The notes: a model not told the origin generated them from the letters alone. Counted from the first letter of the stretch, positions 43,746 through 57,191 are shown. The stretch is DNA of 64,000 bases from Hyalangium minutum (GCF_000737315.1 NZ_JMCB01000031.1:20808-84807); one strand, 5' to 3'. Translations and numbers: made by a program.

Positions 43746-44020
43746 TCCGCCGCGCGCGCGTCTCCCGCCTCCTCAAGAAATAAAAAGAAATGGGCCCCCC
43801 TGCTGATCCGCCCGCGAGGGGGTGCTACCATCCCGGAAATCTTTCCGCTTCACTGGAAAACCCCCCGGAGGTGGCTCTCCAAGTGCCTGAAAAATGGTGG
43901 GAAACGCAGCTACCTGCACCTACCTCCACCTATTTCAGCGCACGAAGCAACACCTTTGACTCCAGAATCGATAATCCTTTTGTCCCTCACTTCTTCTCCC
44001 CCAACTTCGAGAGGTCTCCC

Positions 44021-46162
44021 GTGACGATCCGCCGCCTTGATGGTCAGCCCCCCGTTGTCCCCACCACCCGCCCCACCGAGTCTCAGCCTGCCAACACCGT
44101 GAAGGCGACGCCGACCGCGGCCCCGAAGGCCACGGTGGATCAGTCCGGCTTCACCCAAGCCAAGCGCGGCCCCACGGATCTGACGGGCGCCTCGGCCCGC
44201 ATCGCGGCGCTGCCCGGCCCGCTGTCTCCCTCGAGCCCCGAGGGCCAGGCCGCGGTGAAGGCCACCGTGGACTTCCTCAACCAGCAGGGCGGAGCGCAGG
44301 CCCTGTCGCGCGGTGGCAGCGGCGCCGCGACGGACGCCTCCAAGGCCTTCACCCCGCGCACCATCGAGCGTGACGAGCTGGGCATGACGCACGTGCGCAT
44401 GGACCGCACGCACGAGGGCGTGAAGGTGTTCGGCGAGCAGGTCATCGGCCACCTGGACGCGCAGGGCAAGATGGACAGCGTCACCGGCCAGACGTCGCAG
44501 ATCCCCGCGGGCCTGGGCACCAAGGAGCCCAAGCTGTCCTCCCAGGACGCGCTGGCGGTTGCCCAGAAGGACTTCGCGGGCCAGACGGACCGCAAGCCCT
44601 CCGTGGAGAAGGTCGTCTTCCAGGGCGCCGACGGCCAGTACCACACCGGCTACCACGTGGAGCTCACCAACACCACGAGCCAGGACGCGCGTCCCCGCCG
44701 CGAGAACTACCTGATCGACGGTGAGACCGGGAAGGTCGCCGAGAAGTGGAACCAGATGGGCGGCATCGAGCTCCCCTCGAAGGCCGCGAAGGCCGCGGCT
44801 CCCATCACCGGCTCGGCCACCCCCAACGCCGAGATCAAGGACCTGAGCACCACCAGCTCGGAGATCACCCTGGGCCAGGACGCCACCATCGACCAGCTCA
44901 AGGTGGACCTGGACCTGGCGCACACCTACCGCGGTGACCTGAAGGTGACGCTGACGAGCCCCTCGGGCAAGACGGCGGTGCTCAGCGACCGCGCGGGCGG
45001 CGGCGCGGATGACATCAAGGGCCAGTTCGATCTGTCCAAGGAGTTCGCTGGCGAGAAGGCGGCGGGCAAGTGGACGCTCACCGTGGAGGACAAGGCCAAG
45101 CGCGACACGGGCACGCTGAAGAGCTGGAGCCTGACGGCCACCCCGAAGGAGGACCAGCAGCCTCCCACTCCCCCGGCGGGCAAGGGCGACGACACCTCGC
45201 TCTACAGCGGCAAGGTGGACCTGAGCACCAAGCAGAACGCGGACGGCTCCTACAGCCTGGACGACTCCACGCGCGGCAGCGGCGTGGTGACGGTGGACGC
45301 CCAGAACAAGTCCACGGCCAGCAACCCGGTGGCCTTCAAGGACGCCAACAACACCTGGGGCGAGGCCGGTGACGACTCGCGCACCAAGGCCGCGGTGGAC
45401 GCGCACTACGGCGCGCAGATGACGTACGACTTCTACAAGAACGTGCTCGGCCGCGACTCGCTGGACGGCAAGGGCGAGAAGCTCCAGTCCAACGTCCACA
45501 TCAAGAACAACTACGTGAACGCGTACTGGGACGGCAAGCAGATGAACTACGGCGACGGCGACGGCAAGACGGCCGGCCCGCTCACCACGCTGGACATCGC
45601 CGGCCACGAAATCACCCACGGCCTCACCGAGCGCACCGCGGGCCTCGTCTACAGCGGCGAGTCCGGCGGCCTGAACGAGGCGTTCAGCGACATCATGGGC
45701 ACCGGCGTGGAGTGGTACGCCAGCCAGCAGAACGAGGCGGTGAAGTTCGACTGGGCGGTGGGCGAGGACGCGTGGACGCCGACCAACGGCAACCCGAACG
45801 ACGCCCTGCGCTACATGAACGACCCGACGAGCGACGGCTACTCGGTGGACCACTACAGCAACTACCCGAAGCAGACCGAGGTCCACGGCTCCAGCGGCAT
45901 CGCCAACAACGCGTTCTACCTGCTGAGCCAGGGCGGCACGAACAAGACCTCCAAGCAGACGGTGGCGGACGGCATCGGCATCGAGAAGGGCCTGAAGATC
46001 TACGGCCGCGCGCTGACCAACTACATGACGCCGCGCACCACGTTCGCCGAGGCGCGTGACGCCACCATCAAGGCGGCCACGGACCTGTACGGGGCCAACT
46101 CGGCGGAGGTGCAGAAGGTGAAGGAGAGCTGGAGCGCGGTGGGCGTGGAGTCCAAGAAGTAG
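44021..46162 (+). CDS. M4 (thermolysin-family) metalloprotease with FTP/PepSY propeptide and an internal P-domain
   Basis: HEITH, GGLNEAFSD, VHGSSGIANNAFYLL, NAYWDG; HTYRGDL...WTLTVED...GTLKSWSL P-domain. Confidence 0.92.
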   Translation: MTIRRLDGQPPVVPTTRPTESQPANTVKATPTAAPKATVDQSGFTQAKRGPTDLTGASARIAALPGPLSPSSPEGQAAVKATVDFLNQQGGAQALSRGGSGAATDASKAFTPRTIERDELGMTHVRMDRTHEGVKVFGEQVIGHLDAQGKMDSVTGQTSQIPAGLGTKEPKLSSQDALAVAQKDFAGQTDRKPSVEKVVFQGADGQYHTGYHVELTNTTSQDARPRRENYLIDGETGKVAEKWNQMGGIELPSKAAKAAAPITGSATPNAEIKDLSTTSSEITLGQDATIDQLKVDLDLAHTYRGDLKVTLTSPSGKTAVLSDRAGGGADDIKGQFDLSKEFAGEKAAGKWTLTVEDKAKRDTGTLKSWSLTATPKEDQQPPTPPAGKGDDTSLYSGKVDLSTKQNADGSYSLDDSTRGSGVVTVDAQNKSTASNPVAFKDANNTWGEAGDDSRTKAAVDAHYGAQMTYDFYKNVLGRDSLDGKGEKLQSNVHIKNNYVNAYWDGKQMNYGDGDGKTAGPLTTLDIAGHEITHGLTERTAGLVYSGESGGLNEAFSDIMGTGVEWYASQQNEAVKFDWAVGEDAWTPTNGNPNDALRYMNDPTSDGYSVDHYSNYPKQTEVHGSSGIANNAFYLLSQGGTNKTSKQTVADGIGIEKGLKIYGRALTNYMTPRTTFAEARDATIKAATDLYGANSAEVQKVKESWSAVGVESKK

Positions 46163-46189
46163 TCACCCGCGAAGCAGTCTCCGCTGGCG

Positions 46190-47344
46190 TCAGGCCGGAC
46201 GTTCCTGGCGCCAGCGCGGCCACCCACCGGGCCGGCCCTCCTCGGAGGCCTGGTGGAGCGCCAGGGCCGCGTTGATGTCGTTTCCATCCACCGTCCCGAC
46301 CAGCCGCCCCCGCTCCAGCACCAGGAGCAGGGGCGGTTGTGCTTCCACCATCCGGCGAGCGGCGGACCAGACATCGTCCTCGGGCGACACCACCACGGCC
46401 TTGCGGCAGAGCTCGCGGACGGTGCGGTGGGCGCGCTCGGGCTCGGGCACCCGGAGCAGCTCCGCGACCTCCACCCAGCCCACAGGCTGATCCTGCTCGG
46501 TGGCGGGGAGCGCAGGCCGCCGGGCGCGGTGCAAGTCTGCCAGGGCCTCCGCGACGGAGGTGTCGAGCTCCACGCCGTGGAAACGGGGCGTCATCACCTG
46601 CTCCACGCGGAGCTTCTCGAGCACGGCGCGGGCGCGCACCTGCTGGGCCTCGGCGTGGGCGCCGGTGAGCACGACGAAGGCGATGACGAAGAGGAAGGGG
46701 TTGAGCGTGAGCAGCCCCACCAGGAAGAAGAGCCCCGCGAAGCCCTTGCCCACCCCCGAGGCCACGCGTGTGGCACGCACCAGGCCCATGCGCCCCGCGA
46801 GCAGCCCGCGGAGAATCCGGCCGCCGTCCATGGGGAAGGCGGGCAGGAGGTTGAACAGGCCGAGGAAGATGTTGAGCCCGCTCAGGTACGAGAGGGCGAA
46901 GCGCGGGGTGAAGATGCGCGACTCGGGCAGCACCGCCAGGAGTCCGATGAGCAGCACGCCCAGGACCACGCTCGTCAGCGGACCCACGAGCGCCATGAGG
47001 ACCTCGTCCCGGTGGCGCCGGGGCAGCTCGGTCACTTCGGACACACCTCCGACGATCATCAGGGTGATGGAGCGCACCCGGCCTCCGGTGCGCAGCGCAT
47101 AGAAGACGTGGGCCATCTCATGGAGGAGCACGGAGGCGAAGAGCCCCACGGCGACCACGAGCCCCCAGAGGAAGGGCACCACTCCAGGCAGCTCCACCGG
47201 AACGGAGGCCGTCCGAGCAGCCTGGCGGACCACGCTGCCGAACACCAGGGTGAGCAGCGGCAGCGCCAAGAGGAGGGAATAGTGGAGGCGAATGGGGATG
47301 CCTCGGAATGAGGCCACCTTGAACGCTCCTCGCGTGCTGCGCAT
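46190..47344 (-). CDS. Site-2 protease (M50) with CBS domains
   Basis: LHEMAH, NLLPAFPMDGG, C-terminal VEQVMT CBS pair. Confidence 0.92.
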   Translation of the reverse strand: MRSTRGAFKVASFRGIPIRLHYSLLLALPLLTLVFGSVVRQAARTASVPVELPGVVPFLWGLVVAVGLFASVLLHEMAHVFYALRTGGRVRSITLMIVGGVSEVTELPRRHRDEVLMALVGPLTSVVLGVLLIGLLAVLPESRIFTPRFALSYLSGLNIFLGLFNLLPAFPMDGGRILRGLLAGRMGLVRATRVASGVGKGFAGLFFLVGLLTLNPFLFVIAFVVLTGAHAEAQQVRARAVLEKLRVEQVMTPRFHGVELDTSVAEALADLHRARRPALPATEQDQPVGWVEVAELLRVPEPERAHRTVRELCRKAVVVSPEDDVWSAARRMVEAQPPLLLVLERGRLVGTVDGNDINAALALHQASEEGRPGGWPRWRQERPA

Positions 47345-47444
47345 CACCACCTCCTCGGAGACTCCGCTCCTGCGGAGAAGCTCCATCCTGCTGGGGTGGG
47401 AAGCACGTTGCGGGAGAGGGCCTCCCTGCCCGCCCGGACTTCAC

Positions 47445-47822
47445 TCAGGGCAGCGCGCGGAGCAGCTCCGCCAGCTTGGGCGGGAGCGCGGCCCCGTGCT
47501 CGCGGACCTCGTGGAGCTCGCGCGCCTTGAACTTCGCCGAGCGCTCGCGGGCTCCGAAGAGGCCGCGCCCCTGGGGGACGATGAGCTCATAGTCCACCGC
47601 GCCGAACCCGTGCTCGCCGGTGCTGCACTTCTCATGGTGGCGGAACGGCTGCGCCAGGAGGAACGGCCGCTGCTGGTCGCGGTACTCCTGGGCCAGCCGG
47701 TCGCGGATAGCGTAGCGGTCGCCCCCCTTCTGCTCCTCTTCGCGCCGGGCCTCCTCGAGCAGGTCAGGCACGCGGTCGAGCTTCTCGAGCAACCTCGCGG
47801 TCTCCGCATCGGCAGGGCTCAT
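47445..47822 (-). CDS. Hypothetical protein
   Basis: 125-aa ORF filling the gap on the same strand as the site-2 protease. Confidence 0.6.
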   Translation of the reverse strand: MSPADAETARLLEKLDRVPDLLEEARREEEQKGGDRYAIRDRLAQEYRDQQRPFLLAQPFRHHEKCSTGEHGFGAVDYELIVPQGRGLFGARERSAKFKARELHEVREHGAALPPKLAELLRALP

Positions 47823-47940
47823 GGCCGCAGCCTAGTGCGAAGCGCTCGTCTGTCATCTCTCCCGCACCGGGAGCATCCGAGCCCGAGCCGATTTCCAACC
47901 CCCGCCCTACCTTGCTCGTCGGGGGGTAGGAGGCAGGGTC

Positions 47941-48615
47941 ATGTGGTACCCATGGCGGATGGTGAAAGCGGCATATCAAGTGGCGCGCACCATCCGAGAA
48001 CCGGAGCGGCTGGAGGACATCATCGAGTTGGCGGGAGTGCTCGTCCCTCCGCAGAAGCTGCGGCGGCTCACGGACAGCCTCTGGGACATCCCCTCTGTGG
48101 CCAGAGCCCTGCGCGAGCGTCCGCGCATGGGAGCGGTGGATGTGGCGGCGCTGCGCACCCTTCCTGCCGGGACACTCGGCCGGGCCTTCGCGGACCATCT
48201 GCTGGAGAACGGCCTGAGCGTCCTGCCCCGTCTGCCGGCCCGGACGGATGCGGAGTACGTCCGCGCCCATTTGCTGGAAGTGCATGACGTCTGGCATGTG
48301 CTCACCGGTTTCGGCACCCAGGTGGCCGGAGAGCTGGGGCTCCAGGCCTTCAGCCTGGCGCAGCTGGGCAGCCCATTCGCCGCAGGCATCCTCACCGGTG
48401 GCCTGGCCAACACCCTCCTGTTTGCCTTCTCCGAGCGGGACGTGCGCATGCGCGCCATTGTCCGCGGGTGGCTGCTTGGGAAACGGGCCCGGCCCCTGTT
48501 TGGGGGGGCCTGGGCGCGCATGTGGGAGAGCCCATTAGACGAGGTCCGAGCCCTGTTCGGACTGGAGGTGACGGCCGTCGAGGCGTTGCTGCCCCCCGTT
48601 ACCCAATCGTGCTAG
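47941..48615 (+). CDS. Coq4-family protein
   Basis: [20 protein letters not shown]...GELGLQAF (HDxxH-x11-E). Confidence 0.88.
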   Translation: MWYPWRMVKAAYQVARTIREPERLEDIIELAGVLVPPQKLRRLTDSLWDIPSVARALRERPRMGAVDVAALRTLPAGTLGRAFADHLLENGLSVLPRLPARTDAEYVRAHLLEVHDVWHVLTGFGTQVAGELGLQAFSLAQLGSPFAAGILTGGLANTLLFAFSERDVRMRAIVRGWLLGKRARPLFGGAWARMWESPLDEVRALFGLEVTAVEALLPPVTQSC

Positions 48616-48625
48616 AGGGCGCCCC

Positions 48626-50191
<1,566 letters not shown>

Positions 50192-50227
50192 GGCGGGCTG
50201 AGGCCCCTAGCAGAGCAAGCAAGCGCG

Positions 50228-50258
50228 CGCCGTCCGGGAAATTCTCGGGCGGCGTTTT
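50228..50258 (+). terminator. Probable intrinsic terminator after pccB
   Basis: CGCCGTCCGGGA/TCTCGGGCGGCG stem (with G-U pairs) followed by TTTT. Confidence 0.6.
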
Positions 50259-50291
50259 GGCTTTGAAGGGAGCCCACCAAGGAGACCCCTT

Positions 50292-50894
50292 TTGTCCCAC
50301 CCGCGCCTCATCCTGTTTCTGTCCGATGTCGAAGGAAACCTCACGGCCCTGCGCCAGACGCTCAAGCGCATCTGTGAGGATATCGGCCAGTCCCTCCCCG
50401 AAGTGAAGTGGAGCCAGAGCAACAGTGCGCTGGCGGATGCAGGCTGGCACGTGGCCGAAGTCACGCTGCCCACCGCCCGGAAGCCCCGCGAGGGCCATCT
50501 GGAGGAGCACCTGGACAAGCTGACGCAGGCGCTGGCGCAGGACTTCCGCGATCGCGTCGTCGGGCTGTACGCGGACCGGGCCAACAGCTACGCGCGGGTG
50601 TGCGTGGGTGGTCCGGGGCGGCCCTCGAAGACGCTGGAGGGCGAGTTCCTCGACGTGCTGCGGCAAGCGGCGAAGTGGTTGGAGGTGGAGACGACGGTGC
50701 TTGCCCGCCTGCTGGGCAACAACCCGGCGCGCAACCTGCTGGCGGCGGCGGTGGACTTCGGCGAGGACGGCCAGGCCGCGGCGGAACAGCCTCCCGCGCC
50801 TCCGGAGCCGGACGAGGAGGATCGCTTCGTCGAGGCCAAGCTGGGCGAGGCGCGCCAGCTGATGGAGCGCTACCTCACCGCGACGCGCAAGTAG
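50292..50894 (+). CDS. Hypothetical protein
   Basis: 200 aa, TTG start after GGAGA, coding-like composition. Confidence 0.7.
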   Translation: MSHPRLILFLSDVEGNLTALRQTLKRICEDIGQSLPEVKWSQSNSALADAGWHVAEVTLPTARKPREGHLEEHLDKLTQALAQDFRDRVVGLYADRANSYARVCVGGPGRPSKTLEGEFLDVLRQAAKWLEVETTVLARLLGNNPARNLLAAAVDFGEDGQAAAEQPPAPPEPDEEDRFVEAKLGEARQLMERYLTATRK

Positions 50895-50916
50895 GCGCGC
50901 GTGCTAGATTGAAGGA

Positions 50917-51828
50917 GTGCTGCTCCTCGTCCTCTACGTGGGGCTAATCTACGCCGCAGGGCTGCTCGCAGCGCTGCTGGCGGACGGCCCTGTGTGGCGG
51001 CGAGTCCTGGCGCTGATGGTGATGGGCACGGCCCTCGTCGTGCCGTTCCTCGCGCCCGCCGACTACCCCACGCTTCGGGCCTTCCTGGGTGTGGGCAGCC
51101 TGTGGTTCCTGGCCCGAATCATTGAACTCGTCCGCGAGCCTCGGCGCCTGCCCGTGGCGCGCCGCGCGTGGCATGCCGTGGGGCTGGTGGATACCCGCTT
51201 CACGCGCCGCATGGCTCCCGGCGTGGACCGGCCCGCGCTGATCCGCCTGCTCCTGTGCGCGCCGCTCGTCGTCACGGGCTGGGCCGGGGTGTACTTCAGC
51301 GGCCAGCACCTCTCGGGCTCGCTCTATTGGGCGATTCGCTGGGCCTCCGGGGCCCTCCTCCTTTATATGGCGGTCGAGGTCGTCGTCTCCGCGGTGATCC
51401 TCGGCTACCGGCTGCTGGGCGTGGACCCGCGTCCGCTCCACGATGATCCGATCCGCTCGAAGAGCATCGGCGAGTTCTGGGGCCGGCGCTGGAACCGGGC
51501 CGTCCACCGCTTCCTCAAGCTGAACGTCTTTGCCCCCGTGGCGCGACGAGGCCACACAGAGCTGGGGCTGGCGCTCACCTTCGTGGTCAGCGGCCTGTTC
51601 CACTTCGCCTTCATGGTGCCAGCGGTGGGGCTGGGCTGGGCTGCGATAATGGGCGTCTTCTTCGTGCTCCAGCTTCCCTTGTTCTGGCTGGAGCGGGCCC
51701 TGGGCGTGGCGCGCTGGCGGGCGCCCCTGGCTCGGGTGTGGACCCTCTCCCTGCTGCTCGTGTTCTCCCCGCTCTTCGTCGAGCCGGTGCTCCAGATCGT
51801 CGACACCTGGAGCGCGGCTGGGAGCTAG
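50917..51828 (+). CDS. MBOAT-family acyltransferase (wax-synthase-like)
   Basis: SIGEFWGRRWN, FVVSGLFH, multiple TM segments. Confidence 0.88.
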   Translation: MLLLVLYVGLIYAAGLLAALLADGPVWRRVLALMVMGTALVVPFLAPADYPTLRAFLGVGSLWFLARIIELVREPRRLPVARRAWHAVGLVDTRFTRRMAPGVDRPALIRLLLCAPLVVTGWAGVYFSGQHLSGSLYWAIRWASGALLLYMAVEVVVSAVILGYRLLGVDPRPLHDDPIRSKSIGEFWGRRWNRAVHRFLKLNVFAPVARRGHTELGLALTFVVSGLFHFAFMVPAVGLGWAAIMGVFFVLQLPLFWLERALGVARWRAPLARVWTLSLLLVFSPLFVEPVLQIVDTWSAAGS

Positions 51829-52175
51829 GGGCCGGTCCCGGGCGGGACACCGGCATCTCCTCTGCGCCCCTCCAGTTCCGGAGGACGCGGGCTGCCCGGC
51901 TTGCCCCACTCGGAGGGCGCGGGCGGCACGGCGGTGCCCTTCGGCGCCTGGCGCTCAGCCGCCGGTGCTTCGTCCCCTACTCCAGTAGCGCCGTGCGCCG
52001 GACGCGCTTCCGGAGGCTTGGGGGTCTCAGCAGCCGCTGCCGGTGCAGCAGGGCTCTCCGCTGCCGGCTGTGCGGGAGGGCTCTCCGGCGCGGGAGGAGC
52101 GGTGACGGGCTTCCCGTCCTCGCATCCCCCCAACAGGAGACCGGCGAGCAGGAACGGAGCAATGGCGCTGCGCAT
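51825..52175 (-). CDS. Small Pro/Ala-rich lipoprotein
   Basis: Lipobox LGGC after MRSAIAPFLLAGLL; GAGGAG RBS. Confidence 0.6.
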   Translation of the reverse strand: MRSAIAPFLLAGLLLGGCEDGKPVTAPPAPESPPAQPAAESPAAPAAAAETPKPPEARPAHGATGVGDEAPAAERQAPKGTAVPPAPSEWGKPGSPRPPELEGRRGDAGVPPGTGP

Positions 52176-52200
52176 GAGAGGCATCTCCTCTGAAGAAAGA

Positions 52201-53373
52201 CTACGGGCCGGCAGGCTTCGGCCAGAAGGCAGGAGCGCTAGCCCCCTCCGCGGACAGGACACGCTCCTTCGTCTTCGTGTCCCAGACTTGAACGGAGTGC
52301 GGGTCGCCGTAGTTGGAGATGAGCAGGAACGCGTCCTGGGTCTGGATGCCCAGGAAGTCATCCTTCTTGGCCAGCAGCCCCTCCACCTCCACCAGCTTTC
52401 CGCCCTGCTCCCAGGCCACGGGGACCGAGGGATAGAGGTACTCGCCGCCTTGCGATCCCCGGTAGTAGACCGTGCCGCCCGGCGTGGAGACCTGCATCCA
52501 CTGCCCGGACTCGTCCTGCCCAGGGAAGGCCGCATCCAGCTTCTTCACCGCCGCCTCCGGAGCATCGTCGCCCACCATGCGATCGGACGACACAGACGCA
52601 TTCGCCACGGGCTGCAGCGTCTTCACCGTGTCGAGCTCCCTCGTACCCGGCGCCAGGTCCGACTCGAAGCCGCTGGCCTTCGTCTCGAGGTGCTTCCAGG
52701 CACCGTCCTCTAGCCGGTACGCATGCGCGAGCCCCGGAGAACCCTCCACACCCTCGGGCAACGCGTAGCTCTTGCCCTCGAAGGTCAGCACCGTCTTTCC
52801 ACCCGGCCCCTTCTTCGTCTTCCGGGTGACGTAGATGTCGGTGACGAGGGCCACCACCTGCCCCTTCTTGTCGAAAGAGATCTGCTCGATGGCCGGCTTG
52901 TCCTGGTCCCCCGCCCCGACGCCTCCGGGCAGGGTCTTCAAGTCCAGCGCCTTGCCCGTGTGCGCGACCAGGTCCACCCGCCACGCCTTGGGCTGCTCAC
53001 CCTCGCCCGAGGGCCAGGTGAACACCACGCCCTCCTTGCCGTCCGGGCTCCAGGAGACCATGGACCGGTCGCACGCGGCGTTGAAGACAAAGAGAACCGT
53101 GGGCTCCCCACTTGCTGGGAGTGATTGACGCACCCACTGGCAGCGCTCGGGGTCCGAAGGGCTCAGGTAGGACACCGTAGGCCCAGCAGCCGGAGCCGGC
53201 GTGGGCGCGGGCGGCGCGGCAGGAGCAGTGGGCGCAGGCGGAGGCGCCTGGGGAGGGGTGGCCGCAGCGGGGGCGCTCGGCTCCGGAGCCGGGGTGGCAG
53301 CGGGCTTTTCGGACTTGCAGCCCGCCAGCACGAGGGCGGCGAGCAGGGCACGGCTCCAGCGGCGCAGCGTCAT
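52201..53373 (-). CDS. Lipoprotein with Pro-rich linker and beta-rich domain
   Basis: Lipobox LAGC; WSPDG motif. Confidence 0.75.
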   Translation of the reverse strand: MTLRRWSRALLAALVLAGCKSEKPAATPAPEPSAPAAATPPQAPPPAPTAPAAPPAPTPAPAAGPTVSYLSPSDPERCQWVRQSLPASGEPTVLFVFNAACDRSMVSWSPDGKEGVVFTWPSGEGEQPKAWRVDLVAHTGKALDLKTLPGGVGAGDQDKPAIEQISFDKKGQVVALVTDIYVTRKTKKGPGGKTVLTFEGKSYALPEGVEGSPGLAHAYRLEDGAWKHLETKASGFESDLAPGTRELDTVKTLQPVANASVSSDRMVGDDAPEAAVKKLDAAFPGQDESGQWMQVSTPGGTVYYRGSQGGEYLYPSVPVAWEQGGKLVEVEGLLAKKDDFLGIQTQDAFLLISNYGDPHSVQVWDTKTKERVLSAEGASAPAFWPKPAGP

Positions 53374-53457
53374 GAGGTTCCTCAACGGTCCGGGGTGCAA
53401 CAGGAGGGGGCCAGACTACCCCGCTCCAGCGAGCCCGCGTGTGCTAAAGGGCCCCCC

Positions 53458-54975
53458 ATGCCCAAGATTCGCAAGATCCTCATCGCCAACCGCGGAGAGA
53501 TCGCCATCCGGGTGATGCGCACCTGCAAGGAGCTCGGCATCGCCACGGTGGCCGTGTACTCCGAGGCCGACCGCTCCGCGCTCCACGTGCGCATGGCAGA
53601 CCAGGCCTACCTGGTCGGCCCGCCGCCCTCGCGAGAGAGCTACCTGGTGCAGGAGCGCATCATCGAGGCGGCCAAGCAGTCCGGCGCGGACGCCATCCAC
53701 CCGGGCTACGGCTTCCTCTCGGAGAACGCCTCGTTCGTCCGGGCCTGCGAGAAGGCAGGCATCACCTTCATCGGCCCGCCGGCCTCGGCCATGGACTCCA
53801 TGGGCGAGAAGACGCGCGCTCGCCAGAACATGATCAAGGTGGGAGTGCCGGTGGTGCCGGGCACCGCCGAGCCCATCCCCACGGAGGAGCAGGCGCGCTC
53901 GTACGCAGAGGAGATCGGCTTCCCCATCATGCTCAAGGCGGCCGGTGGCGGTGGCGGCAAGGGCATGCGCCGGGTGGAGAGCCTGCAGGAGTTCAGCTCC
54001 GCGTGGCGCGGCGCCAAGAGCGAGGCGATGAGCGCGTTCGGCAATGACGCGGTCTACATCGAGAAGTACCTGGAGAAGCCCCACCACGTGGAGATTCAAG
54101 TCTTCGCGGACCAGCACGGCAACGTGGTGCACCTGAACGAGCGCGAGTGCTCGGCGCAGCGCCGCCACCAGAAGGTGGTGGAGGAGACGCCCAGCCCCAT
54201 CCTCACCCCGGAGCTGCGCGCGAAGATGGGCGCGGTGGCGGTGCAGGCGGCCAAGGCGGTGAACTACGTGGGCGCCGGGACGGTGGAGTTCCTGGTGGAC
54301 GTGCACCGCAACTTCTACTTCCTGGAGATGAACACGCGCCTGCAGGTGGAGCACCCGGTGACGGAGTGGGTGACCGGCCTGGACCTGGTGGCGCTGCAGA
54401 TCAAAGTCGCCGAGGGCGAGAAGCTGCCCTTCACGGGGACGGTGGAGCCGCGCGGCCACGCCATCGAGGTGCGCATCTACGCGGAGGACCCGGCGCGCAA
54501 CTTCATGCCGAGCCCCGGGAAGATTCAGTACCTGCGGGTGCCGGGCGGGCCGAACGTGCGAGACGACTCGGGCGTGTTCGCGGGCTACACGGTGCCCAAC
54601 TTCTACGACCCGATGATCTCCAAGCTCTCCGTGTGGGCGCCCACGCGGGCCGAGGCGATTGCCCGGGCGCGCCGCGCGCTGAGCGAGTACGTGGTGAAGG
54701 GCATCACCACGAACACGCGCTACCTGTCGGCCATCCTGGCGCACCCGGAGTTCGCCGGCGGCGACTACGACACGAGCTTCTTGACGCGCGAGCACACCGT
54801 GCTGCTCGGCCAGGATGACCCGAAGCTGCAAGAGGTGGCCTTGCTGGCGAGCACGCTGTTCGCGCACCAGCGGGACCAGAAGAAGGCGAAGACCCTGCCC
54901 CAGAAGGCGGGCGCGGCGGCGAGCACCGGGGGCATGTCCCCGTGGCGCCTGGGCCTGCGCACCCGGCGGCGTTAG
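53458..54975 (+). CDS. Biotin carboxylase subunit of an acyl/propionyl-CoA carboxylase
   Basis: ILIANRGEIA, HPGYGFLSEN, GGGGKGMR, EMNTRLQVEH, YDPMISK. Confidence 0.95.
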   Translation: MPKIRKILIANRGEIAIRVMRTCKELGIATVAVYSEADRSALHVRMADQAYLVGPPPSRESYLVQERIIEAAKQSGADAIHPGYGFLSENASFVRACEKAGITFIGPPASAMDSMGEKTRARQNMIKVGVPVVPGTAEPIPTEEQARSYAEEIGFPIMLKAAGGGGGKGMRRVESLQEFSSAWRGAKSEAMSAFGNDAVYIEKYLEKPHHVEIQVFADQHGNVVHLNERECSAQRRHQKVVEETPSPILTPELRAKMGAVAVQAAKAVNYVGAGTVEFLVDVHRNFYFLEMNTRLQVEHPVTEWVTGLDLVALQIKVAEGEKLPFTGTVEPRGHAIEVRIYAEDPARNFMPSPGKIQYLRVPGGPNVRDDSGVFAGYTVPNFYDPMISKLSVWAPTRAEAIARARRALSEYVVKGITTNTRYLSAILAHPEFAGGDYDTSFLTREHTVLLGQDDPKLQEVALLASTLFAHQRDQKKAKTLPQKAGAAASTGGMSPWRLGLRTRRR

Positions 54976-55009
54976 CACTCCCCTCTCTCTCTCTCGAGAC
55001 ACTCACTCC

Positions 55010-55519
55010 ATGCGTTACTTCGCGAAGCTGCAGGGCCAGAAGGAAGCGGTGCCGGTGGACATCGAGCACCTCGGGGGCACCCAGTACCGGCTGACGCTCC
55101 ATGAAAAGACGTACACGGTGGACGCGCTCACGCTGGACCACGGGGCGGTGTCCCTGCTGGTGGACGGCACCTCCTACCCCGTCGAGTTCGAGGAGAGCGG
55201 CGATGAGGTGGGCGTGCTGGTGCGCGGGCAAGTCACTCGGGTGGACGTGGCGGACGAGCGGCGGCTGCGGCTGCGCGCGGCCTCGGCGGGCTTCAGCGCG
55301 GAGGGCAAGCAGGTCATCAGCGCCCCCATGCCCGGCAAGGTGGTGAAGGTGCTGGTGAAGCAGGGCGACGAGGTGAAGGAGGGCCAGGGCCTCATCGTGG
55401 TGGAGGCCATGAAGATGGAGAACGAGCTGAAGAGCCCCAAGGCCGGCAAGGTGGTGGAGCTGCTGGCCAAGGAGGGCACGACGGTCGAGAACAACGCGAA
55501 GCTCGCAGTCGTGGAGTGA
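55010..55519 (+). CDS. Biotin carboxyl carrier protein
   Basis: APMPGKVV and EAMKMENE biotinylation motif. Confidence 0.95.
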   Translation: MRYFAKLQGQKEAVPVDIEHLGGTQYRLTLHEKTYTVDALTLDHGAVSLLVDGTSYPVEFEESGDEVGVLVRGQVTRVDVADERRLRLRAASAGFSAEGKQVISAPMPGKVVKVLVKQGDEVKEGQGLIVVEAMKMENELKSPKAGKVVELLAKEGTTVENNAKLAVVE

Positions 55520-55520
55520 T

Positions 55521-57185
<1,665 letters not shown>

Positions 57186-57191
57186 GCCACG

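Noticed and set aside
43956-43975. TTGACT...GATAAT promoter-like pair
   Set aside because: The spacer is only 8 bp.
43910-45886. 658-aa minus-strand ORF
   Set aside because: Shadow of the M4 protease gene.
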